64,000 nt of DNA from Leptonemataceae bacterium (GTDB lineage: Bacteria; Spirochaetota; Leptospiria; Leptospirales; Leptonemataceae), in contig OZ245742.1 in the NCBI GenBank assembly GCA_965227295.1, positions 96,001 to 160,000 of the forward strand, read 5' to 3'. Numbering within the stretch: position 1 is the first letter of the stretch; the number at the start of each line of letters is the position of its first letter. This document shows, piece by piece, positions 19,596 through 28,679 of the stretch. The position numbers and the translations under genes were made by a program. A model generated the notes under the pieces. It searched no databases. It saw only the letters and a program-made list of their open reading frames with translations, and was not told the DNA's origin.

Positions 19596-20402
19596 TTACC
19601 CGATGGTAGACGGATCTTCAAAACGCTCCAACAGACGCCGGCAGCTTTCGGCCAACTCCGAGGAGTACTTTTTTGTGATTCGGCGCGCCGCCGGGAAATT
19701 CCATATCGTTCTTCCGGTTATTTGCTGAGCTTCCCGCGCAATATCCCGGAAGACCTGAAAGTCCGGATCGTCATCGTCTTCTGTAATAAAAAACTGGCAC
19801 TCAACAATCCTCCGGCTCGCCCAAACCGGGTAATCGTCGAATCTCCGTTCTTGCAAAGCCGTAATTTCCTTTATGAGAATCTGAACCGATTCTTCAATCA
19901 GCATAGGATCGAGGAGTCGGTCGGTCACCTGGCGCAACTCGTACAGTTCGGCCTCCTCGATAATGCGGCCGCTCAACTTATCAACATACACATACTCGAC
20001 TCCGGGGATGTACCCGCGATCCTGCAATTCTTGCGAGCGGGCTGCAAACACCCAGGCCTTGATGCAATTCTCCGGGCTCCGATCGATTTCTAAAGCTGAA
20101 AAACGCGGATCGAAACCTTCTTCATTTACGAAGTAATTTCGGATTGTTTCCAGAGCTCCCTCCGCAATGGCCAGACCTTCCTCCGGCGAAATAGCCGGCT
20201 CCCTGTACTCGCATTCCGCGATCCATCCCCGGTACCCGGCCCGATAGAAGGTCCCATACACCGCGCGACATTCCTGCCAGGTTCGAGAAATACCGAGCCA
20301 GGCCGGCAGGTCGCGCAGCGAAGCTTCCAGGGCCGGCTCCAATGCGATGGGACGCGTGGTGCGCGCCACCGGGAACAGGTAAACGTCATACAGCTGCGAC
20401 AC
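19596..20402 (-). CDS. hypothetical protein
   Basis: 268-aa ORF filling the gap between convergent genes, with natural amino-acid composition. No family recognised. Confidence 0.7.
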   Translation of the reverse strand: MSQLYDVYLFPVARTTRPIALEPALEASLRDLPAWLGISRTWQECRAVYGTFYRAGYRGWIAECEYREPAISPEEGLAIAEGALETIRNYFVNEEGFDPRFSALEIDRSPENCIKAWVFAARSQELQDRGYIPGVEYVYVDKLSGRIIEEAELYELRQVTDRLLDPMLIEESVQILIKEITALQERRFDDYPVWASRRIVECQFFITEDDDDPDFQVFRDIAREAQQITGRTIWNFPAARRITKKYSSELAESCRRLLERFEDPSTIG

Positions 20403-20567
20403 CCGGTTTCACTCTCCGATTCCAGGAACCATGCTCACCCCGGCCCGTCCACCAGTTCACACTTCCCGCTACTGGAACATCTTACTCAGAATTTACTCCG
20501 CTACTGCAATAATCGTTTGCAGCGACGGTGTTGCCGGGTTCCTGACTACCGCCAGGAGGAATCTGTC

Positions 20568-21008
20568 TTGAAACAATCAAACTTAATGCGCTGTTGTATG
20601 ACTTTGCTGCTCGGCCTGGCCGTGGCATTGACCAGCGTAAACGCCCAGCCCCCGGGCAAACCGGACAAAAACGAAAAGAAAGAAGAAGCGCAAAAGAAAC
20701 GCGAAGAAGCGAAAGAAAAGCGCGACGAGAAGAAAGAAGCCGCGAAAGAAAAACGCGAAGAAAAGCGGAAAGAACGTCTCGAACGCAAGAAAAACAAACT
20801 CACCGGCCTCGAACGTAAGATCGAACGGCTGAAAGTTATCGCCGCTCGTTTAGAAGAAAAAGGCAAGACCGAGCAGGCGGCCCGTCTGCGCGAGAAGATC
20901 AAAAAAGCCGAAGAAAAACTCGCTAAGAAAGAAGACGAAATAGAAGCGGAAGAGGGCGAAGAAGTAACGGTCGAAGTCGAAGATGAGGAGGCAGGCGATG
21001 ATGAATAA
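20568..21008 (+). CDS. exported Lys/Glu-rich coiled-coil protein
   Basis: AGGAGGA Shine-Dalgarno before TTG; signal peptide ending VNA-Q; highly charged helix and acidic tail. Confidence 0.8.
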   Translation: MKQSNLMRCCMTLLLGLAVALTSVNAQPPGKPDKNEKKEEAQKKREEAKEKRDEKKEAAKEKREEKRKERLERKKNKLTGLERKIERLKVIAARLEEKGKTEQAARLREKIKKAEEKLAKKEDEIEAEEGEEVTVEVEDEEAGDDE

Positions 21009-21204
21009 AATCTTTACCATTACGGCGGCCGTGTTCGCGGCGCTCATGCTCACGGCCTGCCCGGGCGGCGGCTCATCCGGCGACGGCATCGACGAAGGCG
21101 GCGATGAAAACGATGCGCTGAAAAGCGCGCCGGCCGATCAGATCAACGCCGACAACGCACTGGAAGAAGCAGACAAGATTCTCGAAGACATCGAAAATCT
21201 GTAA
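20998..21204 (+). CDS. small acidic lipoprotein
   Basis: GAGGAGG upstream; lipobox LTAC; overlaps the previous stop. Confidence 0.75.
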   Translation: MMNKIFTITAAVFAALMLTACPGGGSSGDGIDEGGDENDALKSAPADQINADNALEEADKILEDIENL

Positions 21205-21232
21205 TCACTACTCCGTAGATTCGTACCTTGCG

Positions 21233-21262
21233 GGCCCGTCGTTTCGGCGGGCCTTCGCTTTT
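21233..21262 (+). terminator. Rho-independent terminator
   Basis: ggcccgtcg-ttt-cggcgggcc stem-loop followed by ttcgctttt, between convergent genes. Confidence 0.65.
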
Positions 21263-21269
21263 AGCCGCT

Positions 21270-21695
21270 TCACCAGAACTTCCAGCGAGATTGCCGCTTC
21301 TGAATTTGCCGGTAGATGTCGGTTAATTCTTCGCCCGGAAGTTCACTCCCCTTGCGAAACGATTGAATCAAAATCCCCCGGCGCCCCACCGAATTCACGA
21401 AACGCACTTCCGCGGGGTCGTCGTCGATCAACACATCGCCCTGAATGCTGCGGATGTCTTTCGAAGCGCCGGTGTTGTTCGGATCGTAGTCCTCGCGAAA
21501 GATGAAACGATCGAAGAAACGATGCAGGCCGTGCTCGCCGAGAATGTCCTTCGCACGATCCGCCGTACTGTTCGTCCAGAGAGTCAACGTGTGGCCGTCG
21601 GAACGCAAACGCTCCAGAAAGCTACGAATCCCCGGCCGGGTCATGGATCCGTGATCGTCGGTGAGCGTGTTGTCCATGTCGATGACGATGTGCAT
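21270..21695 (-). CDS. HAD superfamily (NIF/DUF705-like) phosphatase
   Basis: MHIVIDMDNTL (DxD), RPGI, LWTNS, KD...LIDDD. Confidence 0.85.
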   Translation of the reverse strand: MHIVIDMDNTLTDDHGSMTRPGIRSFLERLRSDGHTLTLWTNSTADRAKDILGEHGLHRFFDRFIFREDYDPNNTGASKDIRSIQGDVLIDDDPAEVRFVNSVGRRGILIQSFRKGSELPGEELTDIYRQIQKRQSRWKFW

Positions 21696-22003
21696 GATCA
21701 AAAAAAACGATAACGGAATTCCACGGGACTTCGTCCAATCATCCACATGTTTCTCGAAACCTGCAAGCGAGAATCTCCGAGCACAATCATGAAGACTCGA
21801 CTCCTCTTTTATACGAGCGCGGACCGGAAGACGGTCCCGCATCCCGTGTAAGTGCGTTGCTTCCCGGCGCGCTCGCGCCCGCGTACTGTCCTTCGGCCGC
21901 CGCTTCCTGAAAACGTAACCGCTACGCCGCTCGTGCTGTAGCTCCATGTTCCGAACGCGCTTGCCTTCGGAAGCGGGGAAGTTATATCTATTCGGAGTTC
22001 GAG

Positions 22004-23216
22004 ATGAAACTCTCTCAATATCAAACACAAGGCCGTGACGTACGTTTCGTACGCAACATCGGCATCTCTGCGCACATCGACGCGGGTAAGACCACGCTTT
22101 CGGAGCGCATTCTGTTCTACGCGGGTCGCATCCATCGCATGGGTGAAGTGCACGACGGCGGCAGCACCCTCGATTATGACAACGTAGAGCGGGACATGGG
22201 CATTACGATCCAGTCCGCGGTCACGGCGTTCGCCTGGAACGATGCGATGATCCATCTCATCGACACCCCGGGACACGTGGACTTTACCGTGGAAGTGGAA
22301 CGATCGTTGCGCGTCCTGGACGGGGCCGTGCTCGTGCTCTGCGCCGTGGGGGGAGTGCAATCGCAAACGTTCACGGTGTGGCGCTTCGGCGGTGACGAAG
22401 GTCGCACCGTTCTCACGGAAGCGATTCCGGAGGAACTTCGCGAAGAAAGCCGCCAACGTCGGGCGGCGCTCGTGGAGTCCTTAGCTGATGCTGACGAAAC
22501 ATTAGCGGAGCTCTGGCTCGCCCACGCGGACACTGCGTCGAATACCGGAATCGCGGCCGCGGACGTGCACGCCGCGCTCCGGCGTAGCGTACTCGCGCGA
22601 ACGTTCGTGCCGGTGCTCTGCGGTTCGGCCTATCGTAACGCGGGAGTCCAGCCGTTGATGGACGCGGTGGTGCGCTATCTGCCGTCTCCGGCGGACGTAA
22701 AAGTCCGGGACACGGGCGGGTGCGAGCTCAGCCGGAGTGAGGAAGATGCGGCCGCGCTGTTCGTGTTCAAGCTCGAGGACGGTCGCTACTGTGGCTGTCG
22801 AGCCGAAAAGCAGCGCGCAGCGGGATGCCTTCGCGAAGGCGTTGCGTAAGTTCACGCGAGAAGATCCTACGCTCAGGCTGCGGCAGGATCCGGAAAGCGG
22901 ACAGACCTTGCTTTCGGGCATGGGTGAGCTGCATCTCCAGGTGAGCCTGCGGCGCATGAGCGAAGAGTTCGGTTGTGAGATCGTCAGCGGCACACCGCGT
23001 GTGCAGTACCGCGAAACGATCACGCGCCGGGCCGACTTCGACTGCACGCTGAAAGAACAGCACGGCGGCCAGGGTCAGTTCGCGCGCATTGCCGGATACT
23101 TCGAGCCCCTGGATGCGCGGGCAACGCAGGACTTCGAGTTCGTGAACGCCGTCAGCGGCGGCACGATTCCTTCGGATCGTTTTTCGACTTCGCGTACAGG
23201 CTTAACGAAAGACTAA
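22004..23216 (+). pseudogene. fusA: elongation factor G paralog pseudogene with internal deletions, frameshift and truncation
   Basis: [26 protein letters not shown] and DTPGHVDF are present but NKxD is absent. FKLEDGRY jumps out of frame to VAVEPK..EDPT..GMGELHL..YRETI. The sequence ends in domain IV. Confidence 0.88.
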
Positions 23217-23305
23217 TACTTAAGAAACTACAAGACCGCGAATTTCTGCCGAACAGGTTTTTTAGTTGGCCGGGCTGCACAGAAACGCAACTCTGCACCG
23301 CGCGC

Positions 23306-23611
23306 ATGCACGTTGAAGTACAACAGAACGGATCACAGTTATTCGTACGCCTCCTTGCGCCTCGCCTGGAAGGCGACAACCATGTCGTGGACGCATTGAA
23401 AGAATATGCAGAGCCCGCCCCGGAACTCGTAGAACTGGACTTCGACGGGGTCAATTATCTGAACAGCCGGGGCATCACCGAACTGGTCAGCCTGTATCGC
23501 CTCTTCGATAACGAAGTCACGAGGCTGCGCTTCATAAACGTAAAAGGACGCGTCCGCCACGTCATGGACCTGGTGGAGTTGCATCATATCGCCGATATTC
23601 CCGGCACGTGA
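23306..23611 (+). CDS. STAS domain protein (anti-sigma factor antagonist)
   Basis: LDFDGVNYLNSRGITELV motif. Confidence 0.88.
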   Translation: MHVEVQQNGSQLFVRLLAPRLEGDNHVVDALKEYAEPAPELVELDFDGVNYLNSRGITELVSLYRLFDNEVTRLRFINVKGRVRHVMDLVELHHIADIPGT

Positions 23612-23633
23612 AGGCTCGCCGCGGGGCGTCCGC

Positions 23634-25061
23634 TCACGAATCCAGGAGCGGCAGACAGGCGCAAAACTCCAACCCGCCGGGAATCTCCCGCACCTCCAGG
23701 CTCCCGCCGGCATTCTCGAAGAAGCGGGCGGCAATGGCCAGGCCGAGGCCGGTCCCCGCCGGTTGTTCCGTTCCCGCCCCGCCGCGATAAAACGGCTCGA
23801 AGAGGCGTTCCCGTTCTTCCGGCGCCGGGGGCTCGCAGTCGTTGGTTATGCTGATCCGGCATTCGGTTGGACGCCAGACTAAATCCACCCGCACCGTGCT
23901 GCCGGCCGGGCTGTACTTCGCGGCATTGTCCAGCAGGGCGGAGAGCGCCGCCTGCAAACCGGGTGCGTCTCCGCGCGATCGCCGCGCAGATCCAGGCCCC
24001 GGCTCCGGGACTGCGAGGCGAATCGACCGGCTCGCGAAGAGATCGCCGTAGCGGGCCAGCAACTCGCGTAAGACTTCCGCCGGCCGCACGCCGTTTTCCG
24101 AAGACGGGACGTCCGGGCGGCGATTTTCAAAGTCCAGCTTCGACAGTTCCAGAATGCGACCGATCAAACGGTCCAGGTCTTCGATCTCGGTACGGATCGA
24201 TTCCAGGTGACGCCGACGATCCGCACTCTTTCCGTCCTCGATCAATTCCAGGGCGATGCGCATGCGGGCGAGGGGCGAACGTAGTTCGTGCGAGACATGG
24301 GCGGTGAGTTCCCGACTCCCGCGGATCATGCGCTCCACCCGGGAAGCCATATCGTTGAACGCCGCCGCCAGTTCGCCGATCTCGTCTCCGCTGCTCACCG
24401 CCGCCCGCCGGGACAGATCTCCCCCGGCGATGCGCAGGGCCGAATCGCGCAGCTCACGCAACGGCCGGCCCAGGTACTTCGAAAGCGGATACAGTAAGAT
24501 GCCGAAGGCCAGGGCCACTCCCACAAGCGCCGTCAGAAAACCGTAGCGTTTGTGTTCGCCGTACTGCGCGAAGACATGGGCATAGAGGCGCCGCTCGCCG
24601 TACCGAAACGGCAGCATGCCGTAGAGCCGGCCGTCATCGTCCACAAACGAAAACGACTCGAAGCGGACCACGTCGTCGTCGGGAAACTTTGCGCGCAGGG
24701 CATAGTAGTCTACCCGGCTGAAGCCCGGATCGCCGTCCGAAGCGGTGCGTCCCACGACAGCGTTGTCGTAGCGCAACGGCTCCACCAGGCGCCGGCCGTG
24801 CACGTCACCGATCCAGACGTTCGCTCCCTCGTAGCGCCGGGCCAGGTCGCGCACGACCTCTTCCAGAGACGCCCCGGTTTCCAGGCGTAGTTCGATGTAG
24901 CCGCGCATGAGGCCGGCATGGTTGTCCGCCATGCGCCGGAACTTGCCGCGGATCTCCTCGTGACTGAGGCTGCGCACGATACCGAAGACCAGGAACTCCG
25001 CCCCGATCAACGCGGCCAGGAACCAGAGAAAGATCTTTATGTAGAGCTTGCTGATTTTCAT
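23634..25061 (-). CDS. HAMP-domain sensor histidine kinase (CpxA-like)
   Basis: 2 TM, HAMP (DEIGELAAAFN), SHELRSPL, LDNAAKY, LFEPFYR, GTGLGLAI. Confidence 0.95.
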   Translation of the reverse strand: MKISKLYIKIFLWFLAALIGAEFLVFGIVRSLSHEEIRGKFRRMADNHAGLMRGYIELRLETGASLEEVVRDLARRYEGANVWIGDVHGRRLVEPLRYDNAVVGRTASDGDPGFSRVDYYALRAKFPDDDVVRFESFSFVDDDGRLYGMLPFRYGERRLYAHVFAQYGEHKRYGFLTALVGVALAFGILLYPLSKYLGRPLRELRDSALRIAGGDLSRRAAVSSGDEIGELAAAFNDMASRVERMIRGSRELTAHVSHELRSPLARMRIALELIEDGKSADRRRHLESIRTEIEDLDRLIGRILELSKLDFENRRPDVPSSENGVRPAEVLRELLARYGDLFASRSIRLAVPEPGPGSARRSRGDAPGLQAALSALLDNAAKYSPAGSTVRVDLVWRPTECRISITNDCEPPAPEERERLFEPFYRGGAGTEQPAGTGLGLAIAARFFENAGGSLEVREIPGGLEFCACLPLLDS

Positions 25062-25816
25062 GTTCTCGTGCCGGACGTGCTGCCGGATTCCTGCCCCGCC
25101 GTTTCGACGAAACGATAGCCGGCGCCGCGCACGGTACGGATGCGGTTCGCCTCGCCGGCTTCTTCCAGGCGCGCGCGAATGCGACTCACGTGCACGTCGA
25201 TGCTGCGCTCAAAGCCCATGTAGTCGCGACCGTGCAGATGGTTCATGATCTCGTCCCGGCTCAGGGTTTCGCCGACGTGCCGCAAAAAGAGTTCCAGCAA
25301 TCTCAGTTCCACGGATGAAAGCTCTAACTCCTGTTCATCGACAGTTACCACAAAACGCCGCGGGTCCAGAACGATGCGTCCGGAGCGCAGGGGGCCGGCG
25401 GGCTGCGTTTCTTCGAGCGGGGCCGGCTCTTCCGCGGCGGCACGCTCCTGCACGCGACGCAGTACGGCGCGCACCCGGGCCAACAACTCCCGCGGATTGA
25501 ACGGCTTGGGCAGATAGTCGTCGGCGCCGAGCTCCAGGCCGACGATGCGATCGCTGTCGTCTCCGCGGGCCGTGAGCATGATCACGGGCAGTGCACGGAA
25601 GTCCCGGCGCAGATCGCGCAGGATTTCCAGGCCGTCCCGCTGCGGCAGCATTACGTCCAGGATCAGCAGGTCCGGCCGGTTGCGCCGCACGGCCGCTTCG
25701 ACGCCGGGACCGCCGTCGAAGTGCGCCGCGATCTCGAAACCCAGGCCCGAGAAATACTCGCGCAACAATTCCTGAAGCTTGCGGTCATCGTCTACGATCA
25801 ATAGTTTCGCTTCCAT
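25058..25816 (-). CDS. OmpR/CpxR family response regulator
   Basis: LIVDDD, LDVMLP, MLTARGD, GADDYLPKPF, RSIDVHVSRIR, TVRGAGY. Confidence 0.96.
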   Translation of the reverse strand: MEAKLLIVDDDRKLQELLREYFSGLGFEIAAHFDGGPGVEAAVRRNRPDLLILDVMLPQRDGLEILRDLRRDFRALPVIMLTARGDDSDRIVGLELGADDYLPKPFNPRELLARVRAVLRRVQERAAAEEPAPLEETQPAGPLRSGRIVLDPRRFVVTVDEQELELSSVELRLLELFLRHVGETLSRDEIMNHLHGRDYMGFERSIDVHVSRIRARLEEAGEANRIRTVRGAGYRFVETAGQESGSTSGTRT

Positions 25817-25900
25817 ACTATGGGGCGCCTTTCGGAAAGCAGGCGCAGGCGAAGCTTCATCGCCGCCTGGAAATTGCGCCACCCTTTCCCGGCCCGGCCC

Positions 25901-25977
25901 GTGCAAATCCGTGTAAATCCCGCGCCCGGACCTTACATAAGTTTACAATCGTTTACGCGGCGGCGCGCGGGATTTAC
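25901..25977. promoter_or_regulatory. CpxR-type GTAAA-N5-GTAAA boxes in the divergent regulator/Spy promoter
   Basis: Plus strand gtGCAAAtccgtGTAAAtcc (25901-25920). Minus strand three boxes at 10-bp spacing (cttac 25932, tttac 25942, tttac 25952), plus tttac at 25973. Confidence 0.7.
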
Positions 25978-26075
25978 GTCACCGTAACGACGATCGGCGC
26001 CGCCCGTGCTCTACTGAAGGTGTTCGCGCCGGCCCCGGCCGCGACGAACACACAGTCATTCAAGGAGCACAGTAC

Positions 26076-26513
26076 ATGAACTGGAAAAAATTCTTTTTCG
26101 TATCCACGGTCGCCGTTCTAACTCTCGGCGTCGCCGCCGCCTGCGGACACCGGCATCGTTTTGACGAACGCCGCGCCGAAAAGATCGTGAAACACATGGA
26201 CCGCAAGGTCTCGTACCTGGACCTCACGGCGGAACAGGAGCGCAAGTATCAGGACCTGCGCGGTCGCATTCTCGCGGACCTGAAAGCGGGCATGAACGAA
26301 CGCAAGTCCGGTTTGCAAAAGATCAAGGCCGAGTTTCAAAAGAACGACACCGACATTGAAGCCGTGGCGACCGAAATGAAACAACAGATCTCCGAGGGCA
26401 GCGCGCGCTTCGAGAAGATGCCGGACTATATCGTCGAATTCTACTCGATGCTGGACGACGAACAAAAGGCTGAAGTCAAAGAACGCGTCCTCGATCGTCT
26501 CGAAGATCTGTAA
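26076..26513 (+). CDS. Spy/CpxP family periplasmic chaperone-like lipoprotein
   Basis: LDLTAEQ and MLDDEQK (LTxxQ-type) motifs; lipobox AAAC; divergent from the two-component system. Confidence 0.85.
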   Translation: MNWKKFFFVSTVAVLTLGVAAACGHRHRFDERRAEKIVKHMDRKVSYLDLTAEQERKYQDLRGRILADLKAGMNERKSGLQKIKAEFQKNDTDIEAVATEMKQQISEGSARFEKMPDYIVEFYSMLDDEQKAEVKERVLDRLEDL

Positions 26514-26612
26514 GATTTTCGCACCCGTTTACTTTTCTCCACTGCTCGCGGGGGGCCGCCCGGTCCTCCGCGAATTTCTTGCGGCATGGCCGCGATACCG
26601 CCCGGATGGCCC

Positions 26613-27452
26613 ATGACCGCGGCTCCGTTTTTAGAACGCATTTTTGTCTATCCCATCAAGTCCCTGGATCGCGCGGAGGTGCGCACGGCGACGATCAGTC
26701 CCGGCGGCGCTCTGATGTACGACCGGCGCTTCGCGATCTTCGACGAACAGGGCGTCTACGTGAACGCGAAACGCACGGCCCTGGTCCATCGCGTTCGCGT
26801 GCGCTACGAAGCGCAGCATCTGCTGCACGCGAGCTTCACCTTCCCGGAGGACAACGACACGTACGCCTTCGATCTCGGTTCCGAAGCGGACCGCCGCCGG
26901 GCCGGCCTGCGCCTCGGCGAGTACTTCGGCTTCGGCGTCGAACTGCGCTCGGACGAACACGTCGGCTTTCCGGACGACCGGCAACGCACCGGCCCTACCG
27001 TGATCGCGTCCGCGACGTATGCAAAGATCGCCGAAGAGCTGAACACTCGCGCGCCGAAGTACGGCGGCGGCGGACCAATGCTCGGCGCGGAGGATCTTTC
27101 GCTCCGCATGCGCGCGAACCTGGAAATCGGCGGGGTGCCGCCGTTCTGGGAGGACCGGCTGAGCTACGGCGCGGGCGTTAACTTTCAGGTAGGTGACATT
27201 ACCGTGACAGGACTGCACCCCTGCGCGCGCTGCGTGGTGCCGTCCCGGCATCCGGAAAACGGCGCGATCTACCCGGGCTTCGCAAAGATGCTCACGGATT
27301 TGCGCCGGGAAAGCCTGCCGCCCTGGGCCGATCGCGGGAAGTTCGACCATTACTTCCGTCTCGCGGTGAATACGCGCATTCAGGAGACCGAGAGCAATAA
27401 ATCGATGTCCGCGGGCGACGAGGTGCAAGTTGTTACACAGTCTTCGCCCTGA
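26613..27452 (+). CDS. MOSC domain-containing protein
   Basis: IFVYPIKS, DRRFA, RMRANL, PCARCVVP. Confidence 0.92.
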   Translation: MTAAPFLERIFVYPIKSLDRAEVRTATISPGGALMYDRRFAIFDEQGVYVNAKRTALVHRVRVRYEAQHLLHASFTFPEDNDTYAFDLGSEADRRRAGLRLGEYFGFGVELRSDEHVGFPDDRQRTGPTVIASATYAKIAEELNTRAPKYGGGGPMLGAEDLSLRMRANLEIGGVPPFWEDRLSYGAGVNFQVGDITVTGLHPCARCVVPSRHPENGAIYPGFAKMLTDLRRESLPPWADRGKFDHYFRLAVNTRIQETESNKSMSAGDEVQVVTQSSP

Positions 27453-27594
27453 ATTTACGACGCCGTCATCGTACGGCAACATACGGCGCTTACATTGCCG
27501 TATCGATTCACGATAAGCAATCGCTTGACCGGAAAGCGCGCGGGCTTCACACGCAATGCATACCAAAACTCACACGCTTATTATGGAGCATTGC

Positions 27595-28002
27595 ATGAAT
27601 GTCATTCGCACGATTTCTCTCGCCCTCGCTTTGATCGCAACGGCCGCCTTCGTTGCCGGTTGCGCCAGCCCGGAGCAAATTCAAAAACGTAAACTCAAAA
27701 AACTCGACGAAGGTCGCAACATTGAACTGGCCCTCGTCGGCAGTTGCAACTACACGAAGATTGAAGGCGTCTGCGTGAATCTTTACGCGAATATTACAAC
27801 GACCATGAAGAAGTTCGCGCTGAAAGGCTGCGAGGTCATCGAAGAACCCTGCGACCGCATGAACACAGCCATGGTCTGCCTCGATCCTTCCGAGAAAGGC
27901 ACGGCCAAAATCCAGTACGAGTTCTACTTTCCGAAGGGCACAAGTCTCGAAACCGCTCAGAAGGCATGCACGGGCGGGAACCGGGAACTCATTACGCTCT
28001 GA
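27595..28002 (+). CDS. Cys-rich lipoprotein
   Basis: GGAG Shine-Dalgarno, lipobox VAGC, six further Cys residues. Confidence 0.75.
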   Translation: MNVIRTISLALALIATAAFVAGCASPEQIQKRKLKKLDEGRNIELALVGSCNYTKIEGVCVNLYANITTTMKKFALKGCEVIEEPCDRMNTAMVCLDPSEKGTAKIQYEFYFPKGTSLETAQKACTGGNRELITL

Positions 28003-28028
28003 TTTCCACTATTCCACAACCGATCACC

Positions 28029-28055
28029 GACCGGAGCCCGCTCCGGTCTTTTTTT
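28029..28055 (+). terminator. Rho-independent terminator
   Basis: gaccggagc / gctccggtc stem followed by T7. Confidence 0.85.
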
Positions 28056-28220
28056 ATACCGGCGCAAGTCTATATGATATAATAATACATCATATAAATA
28101 TATCGCAATTCAGGTCATCGTGCTTGCGTCAGAAAGGCGAGGGATGGCCGAAGACCCGGGGAATTGCTCAAGGAAGACCAGGCGGCCGCAAACTATCAAT
28201 TCTTGCGTTAGCGATTGGAG

Positions 28221-28500
28221 GGGGCGCGCGTGAGCGCGCGTCCGGAGCGAAGCGCAGGACCGAAGCCGTAAGGCGGAGCCCCGCAAAGCGCGACCCGGAG
28301 CGCATAGCGCGGAGGGGAACGCCCATCCCGACATTATTTTATTTTAAGTTAAAAATCCTGATTTCGGCTAAAAATACAGTAAAATCGGAAGCTCATCATT
28401 TTTGGCGCCTCGCCGCTCGCGCGGCGACCGGGCTGCTACAGGCTCCGCTTCGCTTCGGTCCTGCGCGCTTCGCGCTCCGGACTCGCGCTAACGCGCGACC
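28221..28500. repeat. REP/MITE-like element: ~60-bp imperfect inverted repeats around an AT-rich core
   Basis: 28221-28280 (gcgcgtgagcgcgcgtccggagcgaagcgcaggaccgaagc..gcggagcc) matches the reverse complement of 28441-28500. Confidence 0.75.
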
Positions 28501-28679
28501 TTGCGCATCCCTGGCGCAAAGAGTTGTACATCCGGCATGAGTTATTTTTTGACAGGCACCGGACCGTCCGAATTTTTTGGCCGACCCCTCCCTGCACAAT
28601 CCCCGCTATCCCCGGCGCGAGAAGCCGGCCCCTGGCCCTGGCACAGTCCGTGCAACTCTCCTTACAACGGAGAACGATC

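Noticed and set aside
20489-20500. GAATTTACTCCG matching the start of the 30211 palindrome
   Set aside because: Only 12 bp and no second arm.
21696-22003. Possible leader RNA or N-terminal extension between the HAD gene and the EF-G pseudogene
   Set aside because: Only short hairpins and no recognisable riboswitch; the 252-aa ORF extension precedes the natural HAD start.
28110-28599. Small ORFs across the inverted-repeat region
   Set aside because: They are translations of the GC-rich repeat arms, not protein-like.
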